Shown piece by piece: positions 1 through 14,058 of a stretch of DNA of 64,000 bases (position 1 is the stretch's first letter; each line of letters opens with the position of its first letter). This DNA is from Lepidodermella squamata. Lineage: Eukaryota; Animalia; Gastrotricha. The notes below the pieces were generated by a model. It saw only the letters and a list, made by a program, of their open reading frames with translations, did no database searches and was not told where the DNA came from. Both the position numbers and the translations under genes were made by a program. The stretch spans positions 2,790,001-2,854,000 of the forward strand of contig JBLDXI010000009.1 of the NCBI GenBank assembly GCA_047495785.1, read 5' to 3'.

Positions 1-1634
1 CTATGTGTAGAAACGACGAGTCTTAGGCTAGGTCAAGCCGCGTTAAGACATATCCCAGTAAATGTTGGAAATAAGTCGGAATAAGTGAAAAAAATCGCCA
101 GCCATGCACCCTTTTGATTATGTGATTTTGTGCAAGGAGACATATAAATCCATCGTAGAATTTCTCTCCAACGAATTGATGGGCGAGATTCTCATCTACT
201 TTATCACGCTTCTTTTATTCTTTTATCGACGGTAATTCCGATTGAAGAAAGGTCGGGGGAATGTAGTGTCAGAAAGATGTTCTGAACTAGGCGATGTCGG
301 TGTTCATCTTGCTTATTACTCGATATTGCCCACGTACGTCGGGGTTATATGGCAGGGGGTGTCACGTATCTCACACATAGACATAATATCAGTCTATTTT
401 GTCTAAGATCTCGCATAATCTTCTAGCGTATCAAATTTTTTAGACGTCGTAAGTTGAAAGCCTCTGTTATGCCACCTTACCGGAAATCAATTTTCGACCT
501 GATGTGCCCCAAGGCAAATTGCACGAAGTACGTGGGGGGTTTTGACAGAGCTAAACTATCCGTAGGGACTTTTCAGTGCTGCATCCTTTCATCAAAACAT
601 GAGAGAATGAACGTCATCAATACGGAAATCAATGCGGAAAAGTTAGCAATTTTGGGACCGTGCGAAGGACATTTTCGCCTGTTACGCAGCTTTGCTTACT
701 GCGATTCAATACAAAGTATCTCCATGTTGAACACGTTTCTCATGTGCCATATAGGACTCTAGAACGTCCATCAGGTGTCACGTTGCTTGCATAACATTCT
801 TTGAGCTTGTTATACTTTTCTAGGATTGCCGTCGTCGCAGTCGGCGGAGCCACCTTCTACTTAAAAGCCCATCTCATTACGTCCGGCTTGATGTGAAGTG
901 ACTAATAACTATTCTGCAATCAATTTTCGACCTGATGCTGTACCCAGATGTCCCCGGAACTAATTGGGCGAAGTAACGTAGGCGATGTCTGACCGAGCTA
1001 ATCTATTCGCGGCAGCTTTCATCAGCACAGGAGTATGGACGTCTGCTGCTGATAAAAGCGGAGAAGGCCGCGCTACTCTCAGGCGAATGTTACGGAAGGA
1101 TTTGTTCGCTGACAGTTTGCTTTGAATTGCACGCAGTCGATGAAGGAAGTCCGATTTTGAGACGCCTCTGTGCAACATGGATATCACAGCATTTTCTCCA
1201 AGCCTGCATAATATGTTAATTTGCCGCGCTCGTCTCTGTAGAAGGAATGATGGGGATACTATAGTTCTGTCCCTAGCCCTAGGTCAAAAGTGAAAATGAC
1301 CGGCTCGAAACGTACAGCAGACTTCTGTATCTGGAACAGAAAAGCTCTCATAAAGTAAATTTGCATTTCGAATGACAATTAGCATGTTGGAAAAATGATT
1401 CGAGAAAACGCTGTCTTTCGCTGCCGTAAAAAATTGAGTTTTCTGGCCTGCTATTTGTCAGCCGTTGATCGCATGAATATGGGCGATGTCTCGAACAAAA
1501 CAAACGAGAGTCCTCTTTCAAACGGATGAAGGCTCTTGAGCGAATTCCATGAATTGAGCGAAAAATCTTCAATCAATTTATTTCTAATTAATGTCGTTTT
1601 TCGAATTTTCAATTATGCCTCTATCAATTTACGA

Positions 1635-2337
1635 CAGCGGTTTGAGACCCAAAATTGGGTCGCAGGGGCTTTTCTGATGGATCGCTGGGCGCTGGGTGGA
1701 CCGCGGGTCGCATGGGTCGCAATGCGAAAATAGATGTAAAAAAACTAAATGAATGATTAGTAATGAGATAATAGTTAAAAATGACTTGTTATCACTTTTT
1801 CCAGTTCTAAAGAACATGCTTTTTCAACACTGTCAGCTCTGAAACTTATTAACCAGCTAATTCTGAATTTTAAGTTTTCTCTCTATCCAGGCCAGTGTGC
1901 GACTTTCAAAGGGAATGGAGGATGGTATCATCCCCTCAGCTCGGCCAGACCGCAGACGAACATGAACTTTAGCCCACTGTTTAGTCAATTCTATCAGGTT
2001 TTAAAGCGATTTTAGTGCAAAATCGTCAACATTTCCTCGCTTCGCTCGTTATTTGGTTGAAATCACTAGTCATTTTGGGGAATAGAGCTAAAAATTATGT
2101 TCAACCTTAGCAGCTGCAGGATCCATGCTCCAAGCGTATCAAAAATTTGAGATGCCCGTTACTAGTTCCTGCTAAAGAGGCCAAACAGTGTGTAATTAAA
2201 CATATAAAAAAGAAGAAAATTTAAAAAATAAAATAAAAAATGCACCCCCGAAATTGAAAATTTCAAACGCCAGGGTCGCACAATTTTCTTGAAAACCCTT
2301 TTTAGGGTCGGGAAATGCTCAGTCGTGAGAACCGCCG
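1635..2337. mobile_element. Non-autonomous hAT (Charlie-like) MITE
   Basis: Ends CAGCGGTT... and ...GAGAACCGCCG form imperfect TIRs. Identical 8-bp TSD ATTTACGA at 1627-1634 and 2338-2345. Repeated subterminal GGGTCGC motifs. No transposase ORF. Confidence 0.8.
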
Positions 2338-3378
2338 ATTTACGATATCAAACTAGGATTTGCTGCGGAATTCACCTCCAGGAAATCATATACAGTTGAT
2401 CAATTTCAAAATATATTCCGAAGTGCATGAAAAAAATTGATTCGACAGTAGGTAAAACGTTTCACACACGCAGTATTTGTGACTGGTTGATATTCTAAAC
2501 AAAAATCTCATTTTCATCGGCTTCCTTTTTATTTGTTTTGTATCGTCAGCAAAATTTTCTTCTCTCGCTGTATCGAATACATGATATTTATAGAATTAGT
2601 CAAATTCAACTTGTCGCTTCTATACCATCGCAGTAAAAGTTTCATCATCAAGATGGCAATATCGGTGTAGTAGCATATAATTGATTCTCGATATATCTAA
2701 CATTTTTCATGTACAACGACGTCTCTCTGTTCCAAAAAGTGCAAGATAATTGGACAATGCAGCTATTATGATGTAGTATTTCTCAAGTAAAAAATGTCAT
2801 TTAATATATTTTCGAGAAAAAATCGCTGGAAAATATCCTGAGTATAGAGGCGCATAATTTCTATGATAAGCTCCACCTTAAGCTTTTTTGCAGGTGTTGC
2901 AGGTCAAATGATTCATCAAATTGCTCATCGCCATCTTCAATAAAAATACCAACAATTGATATTATAATTACATAATATTAGGTATGCAACAAGAAATGTG
3001 AACTTTTCTTAGCAAAAAAATGACAAGAAAACCACAATAAGGCCACAATAAATTTTCAAACAGATGAGAAGCGAGCGGCTTGTTTTTTTTATAGAAAAAA
3101 TTTCTTCCCTCGCAACTTGAAAAGAACAAATAATCGAACAAATTGCCGCGCATTAGAAAACGCAGCTTGCATCACAAATCCATCTCAATAGCTTTTTTTC
3201 GTATATGTTGCGGTTATATATAACGAGATTTTAACGAGATAGGTAAGTTATTTTTCTTATGGATGACATGATACGTATCAACAAGTAACAACAAGGTAAA
3301 GTCTGATAGGCACGCGGTTTTCTACCGAAACAAAGCCAAAAGTTATTGTTATTTCGTCGTGGGCATTATCTCAGCGTT

Positions 3379-6300
3379 TTATTTAACGCTCAAATTTTCA
3401 AACTCGGCCTTGAACGGATTGCTTGGCGAGTCGTCGTCTGCGGCTGACAATGGCATGGGTGATAGCTTGCTCGGGCTTCCGCCGCCGCTCGACACCGACT
3501 CGACGCCGGACGTTGTCGAGCCAGAAGTGGACGCTGCCGATGTGTCACCGGACGATTTTCGCGGCGGCAGCAGGGTCGGTTGTTTGTCGTGCAGTTTACG
3601 GTACATGGTTTGAACGTAAGTGAAGACGCACTTCCAATCCGGCTGTTTCATGCGCACCATGTCCTCGACTTCGAGCAGTTGCGGCACGTCGCCTAGCTTT
3701 TCGGCAAGATCAAACGCCAGCTTGAAGTTGGCTTTCCGGCGCTTCGGGTCCAGCCGGCCGAAATCGAAGGCATTCGGAAAGTAATGGTGTACGATAGCGC
3801 AAAATGCCATGCCATCAGACCAGGACGACGAAAAATTTGTCACACTAACATTCTGAAAAAAAATGAAAAATCAGCAAAAATTTAGAAAAAAATAGAAAAA
3901 TCCACCTTAAATATTAAGGATCGAATTTTTCGTTCAACATTAGATTAATCGATTTAATTTGAAAAAAGTAATTTCAGTAAAAAAAACATAATATAGTAAG
4001 AAACTTTAGGCCTTGAAAATTCAGCTGAAATTACCCAAGGTTCCTGCGCTAATTTTTCCCGATTTTTTTTGGACTTCGTCTTTTCCTTTCTTGATCGGTA
4101 ATGATGGACCCTATAACCCTGGGTTTGTTTATGCTACTCGCTACTCTCCGGTATGTTACATTTTTACTGAAGGTTTCCAAGGTTCCCAAGGTTTCCAAGG
4201 TTCCCAAGGTTTCCAAGGTTCCCAAGGTTTCCAAGGTTCCCAAGGTTTCCCTATCAAGGTTCGACTATCAAAAAACTAAGTGATTTCCAAAATCGATACT
4301 AGAAATCGATATAGCTTCGCAAACTGACGCAACACGTTGAAATTTATAATTTGAAGAAAAACTAGAAACTCGAAAAGACATTGGAGATATTCGGCCCTAA
4401 ATTTAGGGTGTCCATTTGGCGCACCCAAATTTTGATAATTTTGAAATTTCGGGGCGAAATTTAAAAAGATCAGCAACCTTAAAAAATTAGTTTTTTTGAA
4501 ATTTACCTCGTAACCTTCGGTTACTTGCTGGCACCATTTTAGGAGAGCATCCTTGATGCTAGAGGCGCTTCGTTGCGCTTGAGCGGTCGTCGACTCGGAG
4601 GCGCCGCTCGGCGAGCGGCCTGGCGCCGTTCTCATCGGACTGGCACCTAATGCGGGCTTTGCTGGCGACGAAATTGAGCCGGCTAAAAGAAATAAAGAAA
4701 CGCTGTTACAGTTCTACCACTCTAACTTTAAACAACCACTTCAACATCTTAAGCGCGAAATTTTGCGAAAAGGGGATTTTTTTGCCTACATAAAACTCCG
4801 ATGGAATGAATGATACAATAATTCCAGTGTGTATATATATCAAGAGCAAGCAAAAATTTTAAAATAAAGGCTAAATTTTGATGTTAGTATTTTGTGAAAA
4901 ATGTCTACGGCGAGCATATAAAAGTAAGCGAGCAGAAAAAATTTGGGTAAAAGAAGCACGCAACTATTAGTGATTATTAATATATAATAATAATAGGTGA
5001 GGTAGAAACAAACGAACATATCGCACTGCTGCAACAACGCAGGCCCAACGAGCTGCACAAGCAACTTGATTTGCGCCGCGCCGGAACCGGCGAGTGGCTG
5101 TTGCTAGAGTAACCGCTCGACGCATCCACATTGTCCGCGTTATGTGGCGTGTAACTGTTCGCCCGAGCCAATTGGTGATGCTGCTGCTGCTGTGACTGAT
5201 GGACGGCAGGCAGTGACAACAACGGCGATCCTGCGCTGTTATTACTCGAAATATTGCCAGCGGCCCATGAAGCGTGACGCGCAGTGACGCGTGACGAATA
5301 CGTTATAAACTCCTCAGGGTAATCTTCGTCGAAGTCAGCCTTTTGAGGCGCGATGGGTATGGCAGTGGGGGCTGGGGGTGGGGCTTGGCGGCGAGTTGGA
5401 CCCCCGCCAAAACTATGAATACTTCTAGCTTCGCGCTCTTCGTCGTCGTCGTCCGGTGAATTGAGCGTGAATTTCGCGCGGTAAAAGTCGAACGGCCTAG
5501 CGCCGTCGCGAATAACGAGTAGCGAAGACATAGGCCCGGCTGTAATAGGCGGTGGTCCGTCGTCTTCGTCGAACCCGGTTGTTCCAGCGTACGAAAAATG
5601 CCTTCTAGGCGCTTGGTGGTTCGTAATAACTGGGGCAGGGGTTACATTATTTGGCGAATGTTGCGAATTAGAAGACGAAACTGACGAAGATGGCGAGTGG
5701 CTTGAGTTGTTCGACGAGGTAGAGCCATTAGCGGCGTTTACCGTCAAAATCGACGGCGACGAAGTTTGATGGTGGACAAAATGATGGCCGTTTGCTATAC
5801 TTAAATGGCCGTTTCTCGAAGTTCCGTTCCGATAAGTCGGCGAGGTAGCTCCATTAATAATTGTTCCGTTATTCGTTGTAATTGTCGACGTTTTACTGGC
5901 AGTTGTTAAACTCGACGAGGTGTAGCTGAACAGCTTGTTGCTCGTTGTTGAGGTGGTGGTGTTATTGGGCAAATTAATATTAGTCTTGTTTGAACTTGTT
6001 GAAGTTGACATTGACGAGGAGGACATGATCATATTAACAGAAGTAGGCGGAGTAGGTCGCGTTAAAAGCTCGTAAACTAGACGATAAATTTTTACGAAAA
6101 AAAGTATTTTACAAGGCACATTCAACAAGCAATATATTTTTTCTTAATTTTACAAAAATTAAAAATGGTGATAAAATTGTTTAGATAAATAAATAAAAGC
6201 CATTCCGTTGTTAAGAAGTAACTAATCATTTTAAAAAGGGGTAAAAAAAATAACGAAAAAAAAACCACAAACCAAACCAGGGTTCGGTAATTTTTTTCAC

Positions 6301-7196
6301 AAGATCACCTTAAGATGAAAATCGCGTGACATGCCCACCCATGCATAGCATTGAAAACCAACACGCTAATACTCAGGCGATATTTTTTCCTATATAATAT
6401 ATAATGATGGTGGCGCTGATTCAAAATAAACGCTTCATAAATAAAAGATGCACTCTAAACAGTAGCGCAAGGCAATCTATACAGCAGCTAATAGAAATCT
6501 CATATAAAATTATTGTCATCACAAGTCTACAGCTATATTAATGACTATAAAACAGCTTGGTTTATAAAATAAACCCTCAAAATTTTTGGCATGCTTATAG
6601 TGCTGGAGTTATATTCCCGCGTTTTGACCGGGGGCAATAAAAACAAAAACAATTAATTGCACGGTGTGCGAAACGCAGGTGAAAAATGCATAATAATTGG
6701 ATTATTATATAACAACAACAATTGCGAGCTTTCTTAGCGCGGGTTGCAAATTAGGACCACAATAAAAATAGTAATTATCTTCTTTTTTATTCGCACGCGC
6801 GCAACAGTACAATTTTAGAATTTCGTTATTTTTTTAAGCTGGATTTGGACTTATTTTTCCAAAATTTCAGAAACCTACCTGTTGATACGGCTGTAGGACG
6901 GGTTGGCGTTTTCTTCAGAGGCAGTTGGCCGCCTAAAAACGTAAAATACGAACAGTTTTAAAGGCTGAATGCAGATTTTTTTTCATTTATAACGAGGCAT
7001 ATTTTGTCGCTATTTTTCGCGCATCACCACACCTGGCGAGCGCATTGAAAGTTGGCTCTTATTTACGAGCTGAGATACTACTACTCATGTGAATAAAATT
7101 TTTATTGTCGCATTTTATTATTGTGTTACCTGTTGTATCACTGCTGTTATCAGTTGTTGACTGTTGTGACGGCGCCTCAGCGGTAGTAGTAGCCAT
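3379..7196 (-). CDS. Smoothelin-like protein with C-terminal calponin-homology domain (multi-exon)
   Basis: Inferred exons 7130-7196, ~7033-7077, 6879-6932, 4507-4682 and 3379-3852 splice in frame with GT/AG. Motifs IKDALLKWCQ..EGYE|NVSVTNFSSSWSDGMAFCA and LLEVEDMVRMKQPDWKCVFTYVQ are typical of the smoothelin/SMTNL CH domain. The true 5' end may lie further upstream. Confidence 0.8.
4170..4250. repeat. Intronic minisatellite, 9 x 9 bp alternating AAGGTTTCC/AAGGTTCCC (18-bp higher-order unit)
   Basis: Read directly from the sequence; explains the spurious repetitive ORFs at 4013-4283. Confidence 0.95.
4977..6076 (-). CDS. Probable alternative terminal exon of the smoothelin-like gene (Ser/Thr/Asn-rich, Cys-rich C-terminus)
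   Basis: 1.1-kb open frame in an AT-rich intron. Acceptor TTTATCGTCTAG at 6077 is phase-1 compatible with the donor at 6878. The frame ends in a stop codon. Confidence 0.6.
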
Positions 7197-10100
7197 GTTT
7201 TTTGTGTATTATAAGGTGTTTTTTATCGCGACCGAAAAATGGCCCTTGTCGTGTCTGAAGATGCGCAGCGGCAAAAATTGGCAGTTGTGTTGTTTTGAGC
7301 AGCCGTTTTTCACGACAATATAAATTGAGGCGGCTCGTATTGCTGCGAAATGGCCAGCTTTTATCCGAGAATAACAATAATATCAAATTACTATATTCTA
7401 TATAAATTCAGATATAAAATTCAGTGACGCTGAAAAAATTAGCCAAATCAAGTGCAAGAAAAATGTGGTCAGTTATAAATTCCACCTCGTCTGCGGTTCC
7501 AGATTGGCGACGCCTAGTGTAAATAATTATTCAAAAAAATAATACGCAAGAAGACCTAGGAAATGTTGAGGGCTTATTATTGTTATGTGTAGCCGCCGAG
7601 TCTAGGGGGAAGTAGGAGCAGGGAAGGCGAGTCCAGGAAGACTCGGACGCTGAAATGATAAGCAAACAGCCGACGCAAGTATAAACAACAAAGGTGCGCG
7701 GCTGAGCAGGATGTGCGCATCACGTAAAAGAGACAAATATCAACGGCAAATACGACGCGCGGCAAAGAAAGGGCAGCAAAACATCAGGGCTCGGCTCGCT
7801 CAGAAAGGATTATTATTATGATTATTATTCTGACAGGTTCCATCGATACACACAACAAGCTGCAGCGTGAGGTGGAGATGATGCGCACACGTGCCGGCTC
7901 ATCGTTACTAAATTACGCGAGTGCGCACGGTCAAATTATTGTGTATTACAGAGTCATATATCCCCTCCTACTTTTGGCACCATTGACGTCCCTACTTGAC
8001 AAATAACAGACTGCCATTAATGGATATTCAACGTGAAAACTAGCCTTTACGTCAACCCTTTCAAGGCTGCAATCATCTGTCAGCTATATCTCGAGAAAAT
8101 CTGACAGCGACGCGGCTTTGTTTACCGCGCGCAGTAAAGCCGCCTTATTTTTTTAAAAGCAAAGGGATGATAATTTGTTTTCGCGGGCTAAATATGTTAA
8201 AATCCCGTTTTTTGATATAAGAGATTGCTTTTAAGCACGTATCACTATCACATGCCGCGATTTTAATACAACACCCGGCCTTTCATGAGAAATATAATAG
8301 CCACAGGTGATGATGATGATGATGATCACCTTTTTGCGGCGTGAGTTCATCTCCTATATAGAAGAAAAAAGGCACCTCTCAACAACAAACAAAACACTCA
8401 TTTCACGCATGACTTGACTTTATAGGTAAGAAGTGGGCGGCGATGGGGTGAATGTAGTGCTAAACGGCCTGGGGTGAAAAAGTCAACTATCGGCTATGTA
8501 TAAGAAAAAAAAACAGTGCGAAAAATATCGAATAGCCGGCAGAATTTTTTTCAGCCGCAAACTAGACGGGAGTGGCAAAATTTGATACTGTATATAAGAC
8601 GACGGGATGTAATAAATTACACGCAAGTGGCTACGCTTGGATGAACACACACTTATACATTCAGCTATTTGCGGTTGTACTTGGGGTGGAAGTAATAAAT
8701 GAAAGAAAAAAAATGAAAAATATTATTACTAAGCCTGTCCTAGGTGCAGGATAAGGGGAGGAATTAATTTTTAACAGCTCGAAAGAGGGAAATCGATATC
8801 GATAATGAAATCAGAGGAGTGGCCAGCAAAATTGCGTCCAAAAAATTTTTGATGCGGCACGAGCGCGCATCGACTAAGAAAAAAATTGAGGCGCGTTTTA
8901 CTACAATGGTGTAAACCACAGAGCAGTTGATAGAGAATGAGAATATAGGCCAAGTGACACACGCATCTATCGAGGGCAAATCAATCGCAATAAAATTCTA
9001 CAATAGAAAGCGCGTGTAAAATTACGAGGAAATAAAAACAATATGCTTCGATTGCTAGAGTATAAGCCGCACCGAGATAAGATGATGCTATCGATACTAA
9101 TGTAAAAATCCGGCGCACCGCGGGCAAATAGATAACTGTGTAAAAAGTAATGCGAACAACAAATGACGCGCGGTAAAAAAATGATGATCCACGGGTGCAT
9201 TTGTTCGCCGGGAGGTTATAGGTAGATCGTTTTTTATTACCTAGCCATTTAGTAGCCGATTTAGTTGCCGCTACATCGGTGTTATTTATACAAAAAGGAT
9301 AATCATTAAAAACATGAAAAATTCCCAAAATGGTAAAAAATACGACCGGCAACTAGGGGCGTTTCAGAGAGTAAAGCAACGCAGCGGCTACTCTATCGCC
9401 ACTTTTTGCTATAAACCATCTCTCTTGATCGGACTATTGCATTACGTTATTTAGGGTGCGTAATATTATTATTATTGTAGTCGGCATCACAAAAGGCTTT
9501 GCCGACGGTTCAAATGCGCAAACGCTGCTAACAGCCGCATTGTAGCCGCTTCGCCTTGTCTAATAAATATATTTTTTATATAATAATAGTACTAATAATA
9601 ATGAACGCCGACACGCATGTCTCTTCGAATATTTGATAGAGAATCTCTTGATCCTCGAGCATCACTCTTGCAATATATTCCTCAGGCGAATCGCTACAAG
9701 AGAAAATTATAATAATACATATGAGAGATAGAATTTAAGTGGGGTGGCTCTCGGCTTTCCTCGGCCAATAATTTTTGGCTCAACCTATGTTGACTTATAG
9801 AATTACTCGCCGCAAAAGTTGTTTTTTCCTACTTTGGGCTATTATTTTCCGAAACGAAAATGTTATTTTTTACACACCACATCCGGCTTTAGATAAGATA
9901 ACACGAAAAAAAAATGGCAGTCGATCGAAGATTATTCTACTACATATGTAAAAAATGCGGGGTTGAGACAATTTCCCACAGGGAAACAATCCGAGCGTCA
10001 TAAAAAAACACACATAACGGACACGCAAAAATCTTCAGCAGTGTTTAATAATTTTCAATTATCGCCGAATTTATTAAATTTTTTAAGAATCGAGGTGCTC

Positions 10101-13051
10101 TTGCCCTGAATTTTAGTCAACTTCGTTTTCACTAAGCGAGATGAGAAGCAAAAATATCGGAGAAATATATTACAAGCGGACGGAAAATATTGTGTACGAA
10201 AATTCGAGTGGTCATATCCGCAGAAAAATCCGCTGAATACATTAAGCCGCGCGCTCGGATATCGATAATAATGAATAACAATAAAAATTTGGCGTGTACA
10301 GAAAATTGAAAAACACGACGTCAAATTTCTTTTTACTCGGATTGAGAGTCCGATGAAATTTGCGGCCCATATATACTGCACTAAAAGTCAACAAAAATAC
10401 GAAAATATATGTCGTGTAAAAACTTTTCGCAGGGCGTAAATAGCGATTTTGTGTTCCAAGCGTTATTTTCCGGCATAAACAGATAGAAATTACCACTTCT
10501 TATAACTAAGTTGTTGTTGTTGGAGTTAGTTACAAATTACCGCTATAATAGACATCAAACAAAAATATATAAAAAGATTAATAAATAACTATTTATATAT
10601 GCCCTGCGTATGATTACGAGAGTAAACAAAAATTGATAAAAAATATCGGCCTCGAAAAACTGATAATAGGTATAAAGCCAGAAAGTGGCCGGTTTTAGGC
10701 ATCAACAAACAACAAACAAAAAGCAGAGAGTATAACGTTGGGCCATCGCCGTTTCGCCTCGTTAAAATTGCATGACGGCGCGCTATTCTCGGAACCAGGT
10801 AGTTGTAATAATAATAATAACAATAAAAAGGTAGCCGAGTTTTATTTATTCATGGCGGTTTTTTCGCGCGCGGATACACAAAGGGTGAGACAAAAATTTG
10901 CGCTGGAATATATTGGACACACGGCGAGAGTCGATGAAACATTATGATGTCGCGTGGTTTTAAGGTTCGAGGTAATTCGCGTGTACTAGAATCTAAAACG
11001 AAACATGGTCGATTTACGGCATGAGCGTGTGAGTACGCATTAAGCCGACAATGGAAGACTTTCTAGGTTGTTTGTAAATTGTGTTCTAAAGTGAGAGATG
11101 CGGTACATGAGAAAAGCTAGATTTTCGCGAGAACAAGATTATCAAGTTCGCTCTAAGTAAATTTACAACGGCGCGGACGAGCACCATTAACTTTTCAGCT
11201 CGTTGTAAATGCTGGCGTCATCGTCGTCTATACTCTAACCGCCGGAGATTGTCTCTCGCTTCGAAGTAGTAATTTAATTATAGTAAAGACAACAACCTAT
11301 CTATATACGTCGCGTTATAAATCAAACCGGCTCGTGTATTTCGGTCATTATTGAAAATTATTGTCTGTTGCAGTCACCCTGGGACCGCGCCGCGGCCTGT
11401 AATAAAATGATAGCGGCGTGATCAAATCATCAACTATGAAAATTCATTTGGCCAGCAGCTACTACTACTGCCCTGGTTTTACTAATGCCGCATGGACTAT
11501 AAATGTTATACGCTATATTTGTGCGTGCCTGAAGTTGTGATGATATTTCGCGCGCGAGCGGAAGGTCACAGCCGAGTTCAAATAGCCATGTCGCAATTAA
11601 CGTCAGGAAACGCGCTTCTGGTGATCTAACAGCTATTGAGCTAAATTACCGCTATCGGACGGGTTTTTTTTATGGACCCACAGATAGATAAGGTGTAACT
11701 ATTTTTTTATCGAAAAGCACGAGGGTGTGAAGTGAGTTTATGCAAATAAAATTCTTGTGGCCTATCGAAAAATTAGCCAAGATGTTGCGGGCGAAAAATT
11801 CTGTGAGATGAAATGAAATGAGCGAGCTCGGCGAACGATAAATGCATTATTTATTATTACAATCGATATGAACATGTCTTGATTGCCAGGAAATTCATGT
11901 TCCACATCTTGCTCGTCCCGATGTTTGTGTTATGATGGTTTCTAGCCGGCAGAAGCTGAGGCAAGATGAATGATATGAACGGTTTATCTAGGCCTGTCTT
12001 GATGGCCAGTGTGTTTACCTTTGAAGAAATCTAGGCCGTGGCGCTGATCGAAAATATATACCCGCTCGCAGTTACAAACAAACACGCTGTATTATTATTA
12101 TTTTACTCGCTGGCAATAAGAGTTGAATATTAGCCATAAGCCAAATATAGTTTTACCTCTATCGTTTATACGCAGGTATGGCGAGGGGCGTTCGCGTATA
12201 TTTTCGCGCGATTGTTGTTAGGAGTGAGAAAATACGCGACAAATGAAACGTGCACGGCGCCATATAGCCTCCTTAATGCGTTGGCGGGTAATTAAGCTGC
12301 ATGCCAAGGCATATAAACAACTTGTCGAAAATCCTGCGCTATTTCCGCACTGCAATATCTGCACATTACATGTTAGCGAACGCTATCTCCTGCAGGCACC
12401 CTGATCTGATACTTGACAGATTAGAAAGCAACAAATTAAACTGCGGCTGGTAAATATTTTCACGCTGCGAAATACGTGCTTTGAGTCACCCTATTACTAG
12501 CAAACAAATTTTTGAGAAAACGAAAACAAACGCGTTAATAATGCTCAACTCACTCCTTTAAAATTCGTAAACACGATATTAGCATCAAGTCCTTGAGAAT
12601 AAACCCTTTTGGTGTTACAAAATGCTTGTCGGCCAATTTATTGCTTGGCACTCGGTGATGAATTCTTCCAACTTTATTTCTTTTTATAAAAAATGATCAG
12701 CTCTCATAGCACATTTTACAGCTTCTAGAGTAGATTCTTAAGGTTTCAATACAACATTTGTTCAATATTTTACAGGCAATTTTCATACGAGAAAAAAATC
12801 ACGGAATTCTTAACAACGACAAGTAACAACAAATTATCATAGTCGAAACAAATAAGACGCTTTTAAGGAAGTTTCACATTTTATTATAAATAGCTCATCA
12901 AAAAATAGAATGGGTACTTATAAATAAATTCGGTAATACCACTTTACAAAGGAGAGTAAAAACGCCAGCACAAAATTTTGTTGTTGTAAACGTTTTATTT
13001 AATCATTTTTTTCAAATTTACAATAAATAAATTGAACAATTGTGTAGCACG

Positions 13052-13713
13052 TTATAGCAACAGCATATACAGTATGATAAGGACCGTGATAATCAGGAAT
13101 AAATTGCCTAGATAATTGTCATGCTCCATTTGCTGATTGCCTGGGCCAGTGTTAAGGTTGAAAAATGTGCCGAAAAACGGGAACGCTCCAATGCCGAACG
13201 ACACGTGAAACCCGCCCGGGTTAACGCCGCCGGCCTGCGCGAAGTCACCGAAGCCGAAACCGCCAAACGGGTTGAACGCGCCGGTGGGTTCAGGCTCGGT
13301 GCGACGAGCCTGCGGTCGAGGTGGGATAGGTTTCGTGCGCGGATCGACGTTGTCTGAGCCGCCGCGGCCATAAAGTGGGACGCACTTGTCTCGGTCAATA
13401 GCGGCTTTGCATACTGGGCAGGTTTTACGATCTGGCCGGGTTTCCAACCATTGATGAATGCAAGGCCAGCTGTTCAATTTTATAAAAAAAATGTTAAAAA
13501 CAGGGAATTGAGATGAAAAATTAAAATTAAAATTCCTCCTTAAAATAGCAATTCAACATACCAAAAAAGATGGCCGCACATGCTCACCACCGGGTCCTTC
13601 GGAGATTCCAGGCAAATATTGCATTCGAACATGTTGTTGCTACCCGAGGCCGAGTCGCCGGCATTATCACTGCCGCCCTCGTTCGGCCTTCTGTTTGCCG
13701 TTTCCGCCGACAT
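13052..13713 (-). CDS. RNF5: RING finger E3 ligase of the RNF5/RNF185 family (2 coding exons)
   Basis: Exons 13562-13713 and 13052-13469 give [23 protein letters not shown]|[38 protein letters not shown], then a Gly/Phe-rich region and a C-terminal TM segment. Confidence 0.92.
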
Positions 13714-14058
13714 AAGCAAATAACAAACCTAAAAAAATCAAATAAATGAAATTTTAACAACAATTTCTTTTTTTTTTCATTATCATCGACTCTTTCCACG
13801 AAAGAAAAATCATTCAAAATAATGGCGGTAGCACTGTTACAATATAAGCCTTGATTAGTATAGACTCAATCGCGTCAAAGAGATACATGCAATAAAATTA
13901 CCACATCGACCATCAGAAATTTCTTCGATCGTTCCCATAAAAGTTAATCGCAGAAATTCGTTATGGAATATTATATCAATATCACCGATTTTACACAATT
14001 GATTAATTTATAGGTATATAAGTACTGAAAAAAATATTGATCAAGGTGGCAGTTTATT

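Noticed and set aside
1-1572. Short ORFs in a moderately GC-rich stretch
   Set aside because: No recognisable domain or splice-consistent structure; possibly a decayed transposon, but unsupported.
4013-4283. ORFs with GFQGSQ/KVPKVS/ETLGTL repeats
   Set aside because: Translations of the 9-bp minisatellite in an intron.
7200-13000. Short ORFs and MEF2/CArG-like motifs upstream of the smoothelin-like gene
   Set aside because: The ORFs lack coding character, and the motifs are not distinguishable from chance in AT-rich DNA.
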